From positions 1 to 49,773 of the forward strand of contig CAZQEV010000001.1 of assembly GCA_964592135.1 (NCBI GenBank): a stretch of DNA of 49,773 nt. The letters are read 5' to 3'. The notes under the pieces were generated by a model, which searched no databases, was not told where the DNA came from, and saw nothing but the letters and a program-made list of their open reading frames with translations. The translations under genes were made by a program, and so were the position numbers. Every line of letters starts with the position of its first letter. Positions within the stretch are counted from its first letter, which is position 1. Source of the stretch: an uncultured Syntrophomonadaceae bacterium. GTDB taxonomy: Bacteria; Bacillota; Dethiobacteria; DTU022. Below are positions 37,936 through 47,836 of this stretch, one piece after another.

Positions 37936-39930
37936 TCAGTGCACCTTGCTCCCCGAAGCCAGCGGCCGGTCGAGCGCCGTCAGAGCCAGCTCCCCCCGAT
38001 TATCTTCCGCAGCAAGGAGCATCCCCTGGGAAAGGACACCCCGCACTTTCACCGGCTTCAAGTTTGCCACAAAAAGAACCTGCCGTCCTAAAAGCTCATC
38101 GGGACGGTAATGTGCAGCTATCCCGGCTACGACCTGGCGCCGGCCCTCTGCGCCGAGATCCACGGTCAGCTGCAGCAGCTTATCAGCGCCGGACACTTCG
38201 GAGGCGGCAACAATTGTCACCACCCTCAGGTCTACCCTGGAAAAATGATCGATGGTGATGAGTCCGGCCTGCTCCTCTTCATGATGAGCGTTTTTCTGCG
38301 AAACTTCTTTTTCCCTCCGGGGCTGCCGCTGAACCTTCTTCATCACCGCTTCATTCTCAAGTGCATCTCGATGCAACTCGCGACCCAGATTCAGGCGAGG
38401 AAAAAGATCCTCCTCCCGGCGAACCGACGTTCCCGGTTTAATCCGACCCCACTGCTGCAGGCTGTCTCCATGGCACAACCCGTCTTCCACCTGTAATCCG
38501 AGCTGGCTCCATATTCTGGCCGGTGTGCGCGGCATAAAAGGTCCCAGTAGCACTGAAATAAACCTGATGCTCTCCACCAGGTTGTAGAGAACCGTTCCCA
38601 GCCTTTCCCGGCTCGCCGGGTCCCTGGCCAGCTCCCAGGGGCTGTTTTCATCGATATATTTATTGCTGCGCCGCACCAGCTTCCAGAGCTCAACCAGTGC
38701 TTCGTGGATCTTCAGATTGTCAACGCGCTCTTCCATCACCGCCGGCGTCTCCAGAGCCAGCTGCTGCAGGGCAATATCACTTTCCATCGCTGGAGAAACC
38801 GGCTGCGGCAGGATACCGTTGAAATATCTCTCCACCATCGTCAAGGTCCGGCTGACCAGGTTGCCCAGATCATTGGCCAGATCGGTATTGATCCGCTTGA
38901 CCAGCGCTTCCAGACTGTAAACCCCATCCTGCCCCATGGGAATCTCCCGCAACAGAAAGTAGCGCACTGCATCAGAACCGTAGCGGCTCGAGAGAACAAG
39001 CGGATCAATCACATTACCCTTTGACTTCGACATCTTCCCCTCCTCGAGGAGAAGCCACCCATGGCCGAATATGGTACGCGGCAGCGGCAGATCGAGCGCC
39101 ATCAAGAATATGGGCCAGTAGATCGTATGAAAGCGCAGAATGTCCTTGCCGATAAGCTGCAGATCGGCGGGCCAGAAGCGGGCCATTTTCCCCTCTCCCT
39201 TTTCACCGTAACCCAGTGCGGTAATATAATTGCTCAGCGCATCGAGCCAGACATAGATCACATGATGTGGATCGAAGGGCACGGGGATACCCCACTTAAA
39301 AGATGATCTTGAAACACAAAGATCCTCCAGACCCGGCTTTAGAAAATTGTTGACCATCTCATTTTTGCGCGAGGGAGGCAATATAAATTCGGGATGCTTC
39401 TCAATGTGCTCCAGCAGCCGGCCGGCATATTGCGACATGCGGAAAAAGTAAGCCTCTTCGGCGATAAGCTCAACGGGACGCTCGCAGTCAGGACATTTCC
39501 CCTCCCGCAGTTCACGCTCCTGCCAGTAAGCCTCGCAGGGGGTACAATACCATCCCTCGTATTTCCCCTTGTAAATATCGCCCTGCTCGTAAAAACGGGT
39601 GAATATCTGCTGGACTTTCTCATAATGGCGCGGCTCGGTGGTCCGGATAAAATCATCGTAAGAGATATCGAGCTCATTCCAAAGCTTTTTGATCCAGGTA
39701 ACTATTTCACCGACAAATTGCTCCGGTTCTTTGCCCGCAGCAGTTGCCTCACGCTCTATTTTCTGGCCGTGCTCATCAGTGCCGGTGAGAAACCAGACAT
39801 CGTAACCGGTTGCCCTTTTGAAGCGGGCCACGGCATCAGCCACAACGGTAGTATAGGCATTGCCGATATGCAGTTTGTTGCTGGGATAATAAATCGGTGT
39901 GGTCATATAAAAAGATTTTTTGCCCGCCAT
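37936..39930 (-). CDS. metG: methionine--tRNA ligase
   Basis: TTPIYYPSNKLHIGNAYTT, a zinc knuckle CTPC...CPDC, KMSKS (GKMSKSKGNVI), and a C-terminal tRNA-binding (Trbp111/EMAP-like) domain are present. Confidence 0.95.
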   Translation of the reverse strand: MAGKKSFYMTTPIYYPSNKLHIGNAYTTVVADAVARFKRATGYDVWFLTGTDEHGQKIEREATAAGKEPEQFVGEIVTWIKKLWNELDISYDDFIRTTEPRHYEKVQQIFTRFYEQGDIYKGKYEGWYCTPCEAYWQERELREGKCPDCERPVELIAEEAYFFRMSQYAGRLLEHIEKHPEFILPPSRKNEMVNNFLKPGLEDLCVSRSSFKWGIPVPFDPHHVIYVWLDALSNYITALGYGEKGEGKMARFWPADLQLIGKDILRFHTIYWPIFLMALDLPLPRTIFGHGWLLLEEGKMSKSKGNVIDPLVLSSRYGSDAVRYFLLREIPMGQDGVYSLEALVKRINTDLANDLGNLVSRTLTMVERYFNGILPQPVSPAMESDIALQQLALETPAVMEERVDNLKIHEALVELWKLVRRSNKYIDENSPWELARDPASRERLGTVLYNLVESIRFISVLLGPFMPRTPARIWSQLGLQVEDGLCHGDSLQQWGRIKPGTSVRREEDLFPRLNLGRELHRDALENEAVMKKVQRQPRREKEVSQKNAHHEEEQAGLITIDHFSRVDLRVVTIVAASEVSGADKLLQLTVDLGAEGRRQVVAGIAAHYRPDELLGRQVLFVANLKPVKVRGVLSQGMLLAAEDNRGELALTALDRPLASGSKVH

Positions 39931-40040
39931 AAACAGACCTCCCCGGCAAGCAGCATGATGACGCTATTATAACAAAAACACCCTTCAAGTCAAGAAAAGG
40001 AGCGTTTTTGTAATGAAGCCTAAAAATCGGAAAATAACAG

Positions 40041-40070
40041 TTGACTTACCATGTCAATTACTGGTATGAT
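40041..40070 (+). promoter_or_regulatory. sigma-A promoter of abrB
   Basis: TTGACT (40041-40046), an 18-nt spacer ending in TGG, then TATGAT (40065-40070). A 0A-box-like TGTCGTA lies at 40087-40093, just downstream. From memory, this resembles the placement of Spo0A sites at B. subtilis abrB. Confidence 0.5.
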
Positions 40071-40121
40071 GTTCTCATGCACAAAATGTCGTATGCTGTA
40101 GAAAAAAGGAGGAACTGGAAC

Positions 40122-40364
40122 TTGAAATCGACAGGGATAGTACGCAAGGTAGATGAATTGGGCAGGGTAGTGATCCCCATTGAGTTAAGGCGAACACTGG
40201 GAATTGACGTGAAAGATGCCCTGGAAATTTATGTAGACGGCGAAAAAATTATACTAAAAAAATATGAACCCGCCTGTATCTTTTGCGGAAATGCAGACAA
40301 TGTCAAGCATTTCAGCAACCGGATCGTTTGCTACGAGTGTATCAAGCAGCTGGCCTCCGACTAA
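40122..40364 (+). CDS. abrB: transition state regulator AbrB (SpoVT/AbrB swapped-hairpin domain) with Cys4 C-terminus
   Basis: MKSTGIVRKVDELGRVVIPIELRRTLGIDVKDALEIYVDGEKIILKKY matches the family. I place the start at TTG 40122 with AGGAGG 9 nt upstream. The C-terminus reads ACIFCG...VCYEC. Confidence 0.92.
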   Translation: MKSTGIVRKVDELGRVVIPIELRRTLGIDVKDALEIYVDGEKIILKKYEPACIFCGNADNVKHFSNRIVCYECIKQLASD

Positions 40365-40403
40365 GTAGAGGTCGGGCCGGTCGTTGAAACAGACACCCCC
40401 GGA

Positions 40404-40435
40404 AGCCGGATCAGGTTATGATCCGGCTATTTTTA
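40404..40435 (+). terminator. rho-independent terminator of abrB
   Basis: agccggatca-ggtta-tgatccggct forms a 10-bp stem followed by attttta. It overlaps the last codons of the convergent yaaT. Confidence 0.75.
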
Positions 40436-41233
40436 TACACCTTCAACCTCTTCCGCAGGGAATTCCCTCGTCCGTCCCGAACCACTGAGCTTAACCTGGA
40501 CCGTTTTTTTGGCCGGATCCGTCCCTACAACCTGTCCCTCCCCATCGGGCGTCAGCACCTCTTCACCCGGCAGGGGCATCTCTTCACGCGCCTCCCCATA
40601 AGCGTTCATCTCAAAGCGAAGGCAGCACATCAGGCGCCCGCAAACACCGGATATTTTCGTAGGGTTTAAAGAAAGGTTTTGATCCTTGGCCATCCGGATC
40701 GAGACAGGGGCGAATTCCTCGAGAAAGCTGGCACAACAGAAACTTCGCCCACAGGGCCCGACACCGCCTTTAAGCTTGGCTTCATCGCGGACACCAATCT
40801 GGCGCAGCTCGATACGCGTTTTGAAGATGGCGGCAAGGTCTTTTACCAGCTCGCGGAAGTCAACTCGCTCGTCTGAAGTAAAGTAGAAGATGACTTTGCT
40901 GCGGTCGAAAGTATATTCCGCTCCCACAAGTTTCATGTTCAGGGAATGACGTTCAATCTGGATCTGGCATCTGGGCAGCGCTTCATCCTCTTTCTTTTTG
41001 TTCTCCGCCGCCCGGCGGTAATCGGCATCGCGGGCAATGCGCAGCACTTTCTTTAAAGGCGTCACCAGTTCACTTTCAGACAGATCTTTTTCACCGAATA
41101 CAACCTCACCCATTTCCAGGCCCCGAGCTGTCTCCACGATGACGTCGGCTCCGGTATTTATTTTGATCTCGCCGGGATCAAAGTGGTAGACTTTCCCCGC
41201 CCGGCGAAAACGGACTCCAATTACTCTGGGCAT
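40433..41233 (-). CDS. ricT: PSP1-domain protein YaaT/RicT (stage 0 sporulation protein)
   Basis: VIGVRFRRAGKVYHFDPG... and the Cys cluster CGRSFCCASFL...CGRLMCCLRFE are present. It overlaps the end of holB by 13 nt. Confidence 0.9.
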   Translation of the reverse strand: MPRVIGVRFRRAGKVYHFDPGEIKINTGADVIVETARGLEMGEVVFGEKDLSESELVTPLKKVLRIARDADYRRAAENKKKEDEALPRCQIQIERHSLNMKLVGAEYTFDRSKVIFYFTSDERVDFRELVKDLAAIFKTRIELRQIGVRDEAKLKGGVGPCGRSFCCASFLEEFAPVSIRMAKDQNLSLNPTKISGVCGRLMCCLRFEMNAYGEAREEMPLPGEEVLTPDGEGQVVGTDPAKKTVQVKLSGSGRTREFPAEEVEGV

Positions 41234-42213
41234 AAAGCAAACCTCCTTCTCAATTGAATCAGCATCCCCTCCAGGGCAAGCCTGCGGTTTACATTGGTGC
41301 TGTCAAGTTCCTGGCTCAGCCTCTGGATGAGGGACATTGCACTTTCCAGGGCGGCTGGTGTAACCCGACCGGATGCCCATCGCGAAACTTGGGACCGGTT
41401 GATCAGCAGCGCCTCATTGCTGCAAAGCAGGTAGATTAAACCATCGCGGTAGAAAAGGTAAAGCAGCTCCAAAAAGAAAGGAAGATCCTCCCTCCCGGCC
41501 ATCGATTCGGCGATAGAAAGAAGCTCTCTTGAAGACTGATTGCCCGACGCCAGATTGCAGGCCAGCTCCGAGGCCTCTGAAAGCCGCTCTTCGAAAGTGG
41601 GATCTTCAGCCAGCTTTAAAGCCAGCCCCGGGAGTCCTTTACTCAGACGGGATAAAAGGATCGCCTTCCCGGGGGGAAGACCCTTTTGCTGCTTCAACAG
41701 CTCCAGGATCTCGGCACTGTTTAAAGGACGCAATGTAAAACGTTGGCAACGCGAGACTATCGTTCCGGGCAGCCCCTGGAGCCTGCTGGTGAGCAGAATA
41801 AAGTGAAGGCCGGGCGGCGGCTCCTCCAGTATTTTCAAAAGTGAAGCGCAGGCTTCAGGGGTCATCTGGTTCGCTTCTTCGATGAGGCAGACCCGCCTGC
41901 CGCCTTCCAGGTAAAAGCCGCCCCGGATACTGCGAATCTGGTCGATCCCCAGGCGGCGGCCCCGCGGCTGGATATGGAACAGGTCCGGATGAGAGCCTGA
42001 CTGGAGCAGGCGGCAGGAACGACAGTGTCCACAGGCCTTTGCATTTTCACGGCCGGAGCAGAGTAATACCCCGGCCAGGGCCAGGCTCCAGCTTCTTTTT
42101 CCGCTGCCCGGGGGGCCGCAAAGAAGCATGGCATGGCTGATCGTTCCGGCAGAAAGCATCCTGGTAAAAGTATGGCGCAGTTCCATCTGTCCGTACAGAT
42201 TCTCAAATCCCAT
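41221..42213 (-). CDS. holB: DNA polymerase III subunit delta prime
   Basis: HAMLLCGPPGSGK, a zinc module CGHCRSCRLLQSGSHPD, and SRCQ are present. Confidence 0.88.
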   Translation of the reverse strand: MGFENLYGQMELRHTFTRMLSAGTISHAMLLCGPPGSGKRSWSLALAGVLLCSGRENAKACGHCRSCRLLQSGSHPDLFHIQPRGRRLGIDQIRSIRGGFYLEGGRRVCLIEEANQMTPEACASLLKILEEPPPGLHFILLTSRLQGLPGTIVSRCQRFTLRPLNSAEILELLKQQKGLPPGKAILLSRLSKGLPGLALKLAEDPTFEERLSEASELACNLASGNQSSRELLSIAESMAGREDLPFFLELLYLFYRDGLIYLLCSNEALLINRSQVSRWASGRVTPAALESAMSLIQRLSQELDSTNVNRRLALEGMLIQLRRRFALCPE

Positions 42214-42847
42214 CTTTCTCTCCTTTCCCTGCAGGGGAAGAAAGAAGAGATTGCACTCTCAGCCAGACTGACCGGTGCTGCCGCTCTACCGGAGCGGCAG
42301 CGTCTATGAGCATCACTCGCGCAGGTTCAGCGGCGGCGATGGCCAGATAACCCCGCCGGACCCGCTGGTGATAGGAAAAATCCCGCTCTTCAATGCGATC
42401 GCCTCCGCTGCCGCGCCGTCGAAGCGCCTCCTCAACAGAGAGATCAAATAAAAAAGTCAGACGAGGCCGGAGTCCCCCCGTTACTCTCTCGTTCAGAGCA
42501 TAGATCCAGTTCCGGTCACTGCCCCCGCCGTACCCCTGGTAGGCAACACTCGAATCTATATAGCGGTCGCAGATCACAACCCGCCCCGCAGCAAGCGCAG
42601 GCCTGATCTTGATATCAACAAGCTCCGCCCGGGCTGCCATGTATAGTAATATCTCAGTATCGGCGGTGAGAGAATGCTCCTTCTGCAGCAACAGCCGGCG
42701 GATCTTCTCCCCGGCAGTAGTGCCGCCGGGCTCGCGAGTCAACAGATGGGGAATCGCTTCCTGCGCCATCCGTTCCGCCAGCAGGCGGGACTGGGTGGTC
42801 TTACCGCACCCGTCAATTCCCTCCAGCGATATTAGAAAACCGCTCAA
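42203..42847 (-). CDS. tmk: dTMP kinase
   Basis: The P-loop LEGIDGCGKTTQ, the DRY motif (CDRYIDSS), and lid-region arginines are present. It uses a TTG start with an upstream GGAAGGGA. Confidence 0.92.
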   Translation of the reverse strand: MSGFLISLEGIDGCGKTTQSRLLAERMAQEAIPHLLTREPGGTTAGEKIRRLLLQKEHSLTADTEILLYMAARAELVDIKIRPALAAGRVVICDRYIDSSVAYQGYGGGSDRNWIYALNERVTGGLRPRLTFLFDLSVEEALRRRGSGGDRIEERDFSYHQRVRRGYLAIAAAEPARVMLIDAAAPVERQHRSVWLRVQSLLSSPAGKGEKDGI

Positions 42848-42884
42848 TGCCCGTCCCTTCCTTCGGCCAATGCTTCACAGATCA

Positions 42885-42893
42885 ATTATAGCA
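42885..42893 (-). promoter_or_regulatory. possible extended -10 promoter (TGcTATAAT) for tmk-holB-ricT
   Basis: On the minus strand, TGCTATAAT lies about 38 nt upstream of the tmk TTG. There is no good -35. Confidence 0.35.
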
Positions 42894-42950
42894 TAAATAA
42901 ATTGCTGCATTTTCAGACCAGTTATAGCCTGTGTTTTACAGTTGGCAAAG

Positions 42951-42987
42951 GGAAAACCCCGATAAAACATAGTCATCGGGGTTTTCC
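42951..42987 (-). terminator. 13-bp stem-loop, probable guaB terminator
   Basis: The hairpin is ggaaaaccccgat-N11-atcggggttttcc. On the minus strand it is followed only by cttt. It lies about 210 nt downstream of the guaB stop. Confidence 0.45.
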
Positions 42988-43198
42988 ACTCCTGATCATA
43001 TCAGAAACTTGTTATGCCTTTTTCCCGCCCAGATGCGGCTGGAACTTTTGTCTAAGACACCCTTAAACATTCTGTTAAAGCCTGCTGTTGCAGGTAGGCT
43101 ATCGATCAAGCGAAGAACACCGCCTGCATGATCTGCCTTGTTCAGCCAGTTCCCGCCTTGAAGATGCTCCCCCAAAAAGAAACGGGTAGACTTAGAAC

Positions 43199-44683
<1,485 letters not shown>

Positions 44684-44695
44684 TTAATTGAAATT

Positions 44696-44724
44696 ATGAT
44701 AGCAACTACCCCCGCCGGTGTCAA
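44696..44724 (-). promoter_or_regulatory. sigma-A promoter of guaB
   Basis: On the minus strand, TTGACA (44719-44724), a 17-nt spacer, then TATCAT (44696-44701). It lies about 43 nt upstream of the ATG. Confidence 0.55.
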
Positions 44725-44947
44725 CTAAAAGCACTTAGACGCCCTGATGATACTTTTTCAAGGACGCGTTCTATTGAAACATCCATTCTTACATTCAAAA
44801 GCAACGCCCGTTATAATTTATCATGCCAATCACCTGCCTCTTTGCAGCACCTCCTCCAGCAATTGGACTGCAGTAACTAACATTTGCTCATTTGAAGGAT
44901 TTTTCTCCAGCAGGACGAATTAAGAAACCGCAAGGGAGGCGATAGAT

Positions 44948-45712
44948 TTGCCCCGGATTGAGATCAAGGGTGAAACGTATTTCTATGCCGGCAGCGCTGC
45001 AGAAAAAGGTCCGCCACTTCTTCTCTGCCATGGTGCCGGGGGCAGCCACCGGCACTGGCTTAACCAGGTAGAGGGGCTTAAAGGGCAGGCCGCAGCGGTG
45101 GCCGTGGACCTGCCGGGGCATGGCGCCTCGGGCGGAAAGCCTGCTGCTGATATTGCCTCTTACCGCGATTTTTTACGCGATTTCAGCAAAACCCTGGGCC
45201 TGGAAAATTTCGTGCTGGCCGGACACTCCATGGGCGGAGCCGTCGCCCTCGATTACGCTCTTCATTACAGCGATGACTTAAGCGGACTCATTCTTGCATC
45301 CAGTGGAGCACGCCTGCGGGTAACACCGCTTTTTATTGAGGCCTTCCGCTCAGGAAATGTGCCGCCGGAGCTTTCTGGGTTTGCCTACGGGCCGGCCGCT
45401 CCGGCGGAGCTCCTGGAGAGTGCACGGCAGGAAATGGCCGCGGTTCCGCCGCAGACCTATCTGGCAGACTTCACCGCCTGTAACAATTTTGATTGCACGG
45501 AGAAACTGGCTGAAATCGAACTGCCGGCGCTGGTCATTTGCGGCGAGGCTGATAGAATGACGCCGCCCAGGTACAGCCGCTACCTTGCTGAGAAGCTGCC
45601 CCGGGCGGAGCTGGTGGAGGTGGCAGTTGCCGGGCATATGGTCATGCTGGAGGCGCCGCGCTGGGTCAACGAAGCCATCGCCTCTTTCCTGAAGATAAGC
45701 GGCGCCGGCTGA
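44948..45712 (+). CDS. alpha/beta-fold hydrolase
   Basis: LLLCHGAGGS, the nucleophile elbow GHSMGG, and C-terminal AGHMVMLE are present. It uses a TTG start with GGGAGG 9 nt upstream. Confidence 0.8.
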   Translation: MPRIEIKGETYFYAGSAAEKGPPLLLCHGAGGSHRHWLNQVEGLKGQAAAVAVDLPGHGASGGKPAADIASYRDFLRDFSKTLGLENFVLAGHSMGGAVALDYALHYSDDLSGLILASSGARLRVTPLFIEAFRSGNVPPELSGFAYGPAAPAELLESARQEMAAVPPQTYLADFTACNNFDCTEKLAEIELPALVICGEADRMTPPRYSRYLAEKLPRAELVEVAVAGHMVMLEAPRWVNEAIASFLKISGAG

Positions 45713-46181
45713 CGCTTTTAGCCGGAGTTACAAAGTTTTCATTGCACACCGGAATACCGTGACGCTTCAGCAGAGCTGCGGTGATGCCGTCCCCCGTCCG
45801 GTAGCGGCCTGAAAAAGAACCGTCATGAATACGGCCCGCTCCGCAGGAGGGACTGCCTGATTTGAGAACGGCTCCGTCTACCCCGAACAGCCGCGCCAGC
45901 CGCATAGAGGCGGCAGCGCCGCGTAGGAATTGCAGCGTCACGTCCTTTCCGGTTTTGTCGATCACCCGGGCCTTTCCCCGCAGCACGGCATAACCGTCCC
46001 CACCGCAGATCTCCGCCGGCTCCCGCGGTGTGGGCAATCCCCCCAGCTGCTCCGGGCAGAGGGGAATCATCCGGCAGCGGCGGCATAGATACTGCAGCGC
46101 AGTATTGCGGTTGTGGCCGCCATGGTAACATGTAGACAACCCTAGAAGACAGGCGCTAACAAGATAGGTTTTTCTGGACAT
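45666..46181 (-). CDS. DUF523 (YbbK/TudS-like) Cys-rich protein
   Basis: LVSACLLGLSTCYHGGHN...CPEQLGGLPTPREPAE...SPSCG is the pattern typical of DUF523. The last 47 nt overlap the convergent hydrolase gene. Confidence 0.7.
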   Translation of the reverse strand: MSRKTYLVSACLLGLSTCYHGGHNRNTALQYLCRRCRMIPLCPEQLGGLPTPREPAEICGGDGYAVLRGKARVIDKTGKDVTLQFLRGAAASMRLARLFGVDGAVLKSGSPSCGAGRIHDGSFSGRYRTGDGITAALLKRHGIPVCNENFVTPAKSVSRRRLSSGKRRWLR

Positions 46182-46234
46182 TCTTCTCTCCCATCGGCTT
46201 GATGATTTTTAATACAATCAGGAGGTGCTTTTTG

Positions 46235-46861
46235 ATGAAACCGAGCCCGCATAAAGGCGGTTTCCTCAACCTGGAAGTGACCCGCAGCCAGGCAGTGGAT
46301 AAATTTGCCGCCCTCAGTCCCGAAGCCGTCTCCCGCGATGCAGACGTAATCTATCTGGAACAGGATAGCTGCTTCGAGGTAAAATTTATCGGCCAGTCAT
46401 ACAGGGTCACCTATCCAGGCGGCATAATCACCGGTCCCGGGGGGGAAACCCCGCTCTATCACTCCATTTTCATCTTGCATTATCTCGTAACCGCAGATGG
46501 AAGCCCGCTCAGCGGCGAGTGGATCGCTTACCGCCATCTTCCAGGCGGTGATATATACACAGAGCCTTTCCGGCGCCGCGCTGTTCTTCCCTTTTTAAGG
46601 GCTTTCGGATCCAATGCGGAGGCATTCGTCCGCGCCGCTGCCGCTCTTGGCGGCAACAGGCTTGAGGGGAGCGGCACCGGCATGGCTATTCCTGTTTTCC
46701 CGCGGGTGCCTCTTAATTTCACCCTCTGGCCGGGAGACGAGGAGCTGCCGGCCTCTGCAACGATCCTTTTTGACGCCCGGGCCGCCTCCTACCTGCCAAC
46801 GGAGGATTATGCCCATCTCCCCGCTCTGCTTGTCGAAGCAATGAAGCGGCATCGGGGTTAA
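46235..46861 (+). CDS. DUF3786 domain protein
   Basis: FEVKFIGQSYRVTYPGG...YHSIFILHYLVTADGSPLSGEWIAYRHLPGG..Y..PFRRR follows the DUF3786 pattern. I place the start at ATG 46235 with AGGAGG upstream. Confidence 0.6.
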   Translation: MKPSPHKGGFLNLEVTRSQAVDKFAALSPEAVSRDADVIYLEQDSCFEVKFIGQSYRVTYPGGIITGPGGETPLYHSIFILHYLVTADGSPLSGEWIAYRHLPGGDIYTEPFRRRAVLPFLRAFGSNAEAFVRAAAALGGNRLEGSGTGMAIPVFPRVPLNFTLWPGDEELPASATILFDARAASYLPTEDYAHLPALLVEAMKRHRG

Positions 46862-46882
46862 CCCGGCGGCAAAGAGACCCTG

Positions 46883-47167
46883 TCAATGACTACTTTTTAA
46901 ATTCGAGGGGGTCCTTGTCTTTTCCTTTCGCAGAATATCGATAGCGGCATCGGGACAGAAGAGTTGGCAGAGGCGGCAACCAGTGCACCGCTCCATCCTC
47001 TTCGGTTCAACAATGGGGGTGCCGTATACACCGATATGGGTGGACCAGTCGATGACCTGGGAGGGGCATTTTTCTAGGCAAAGACCGCAGCCCTTGCACA
47101 GATCAGGAGAAATATAGAAGTATGCCTTTTCATTGGCTGCTTCAAATCGGGTAAAAGTTTTGTTCAT
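46883..47167 (-). CDS. 2-oxoacid:ferredoxin oxidoreductase delta subunit (2x[4Fe-4S] ferredoxin)
   Basis: Two cluster motifs are present: CKGCGLCLEKCP and CTGCRLCQLFCP. Confidence 0.8.
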   Translation of the reverse strand: MNKTFTRFEAANEKAYFYISPDLCKGCGLCLEKCPSQVIDWSTHIGVYGTPIVEPKRMERCTGCRLCQLFCPDAAIDILRKEKTRTPSNLKSSH

Positions 47168-47175
47168 TTTCTCTC

Positions 47176-47835
47176 CTAAGCCTGAACTGTATTTGTCACG
47201 GCGGCGGCGCCCAGTTCCAGCGCCGCATAGTTGTGATCTTTCAACTGCGGATCATTTCTGAAACGGCGGTTCAGCTTCTCCTCCAAGGCATCCTTGACCT
47301 GCTCCAGTGTCACCACGCCGGTAATAGCCACAATTGCACCCAGGATGATCATGTTAAAAACACGGGGATGGAGACGGCGCCTGGCCAGATCCGAAGCGGC
47401 CACAGCGATAAGGCGCCCCGGGGGCGTCTCCACCACCGTGCGCCTGTCGCGGTAGCTGATCCTCTCGGCAAAGGCTTCCGGGGCGATGGTGTTGTAGGTC
47501 TGCCGTCCCACCACCATATCGGAGATCTGCGGCGCGTCGACGAGGGAATTGTCATAGAGAATAATGGTGTTTTCACCCAGGTACTGTTCGCTGCGGCGCA
47601 GGGAACGCGGGCTCAAAGCGGCCACCAGGTCGGCTTGCAAAAATTTGGGGGAACCGATCGCCTCCGGCGAGATCTGAACAAAGGCCAGGGAGACGCCGCC
47701 GCGCTGCTCGATCCCAAAATTGGGGATATAAAGAGCATTCAAGCCGGCCCGGTATGCCGCCAAGGCCAATGTCTCAGCCAGCGCCTGAACCCCCTGCCCG
47801 CCCTCACCGGCGGCGGCTATCTTCCAATAACGCAT
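47176..47835 (-). CDS. 2-oxoacid:ferredoxin oxidoreductase gamma subunit
   Basis: IAAAGEGGQGVQ..A..LA.AA is present. I place the start at ATG 47835 with GGAGGAGAGG upstream, 1 nt after the beta-subunit stop. Confidence 0.8.
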   Translation of the reverse strand: MRYWKIAAAGEGGQGVQALAETLALAAYRAGLNALYIPNFGIEQRGGVSLAFVQISPEAIGSPKFLQADLVAALSPRSLRRSEQYLGENTIILYDNSLVDAPQISDMVVGRQTYNTIAPEAFAERISYRDRRTVVETPPGRLIAVAASDLARRRLHPRVFNMIILGAIVAITGVVTLEQVKDALEEKLNRRFRNDPQLKDHNYAALELGAAAVTNTVQA

Positions 47836-47836
47836 C

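Noticed and set aside
39931-40040. I considered a possible T-box leader upstream of metG.
   Set aside because: Only about 110 nt are available before the divergent abrB promoter. There is no T-box sequence (AAnnnGGGTGGTACCGCG-like) and no specifier or antiterminator structure.
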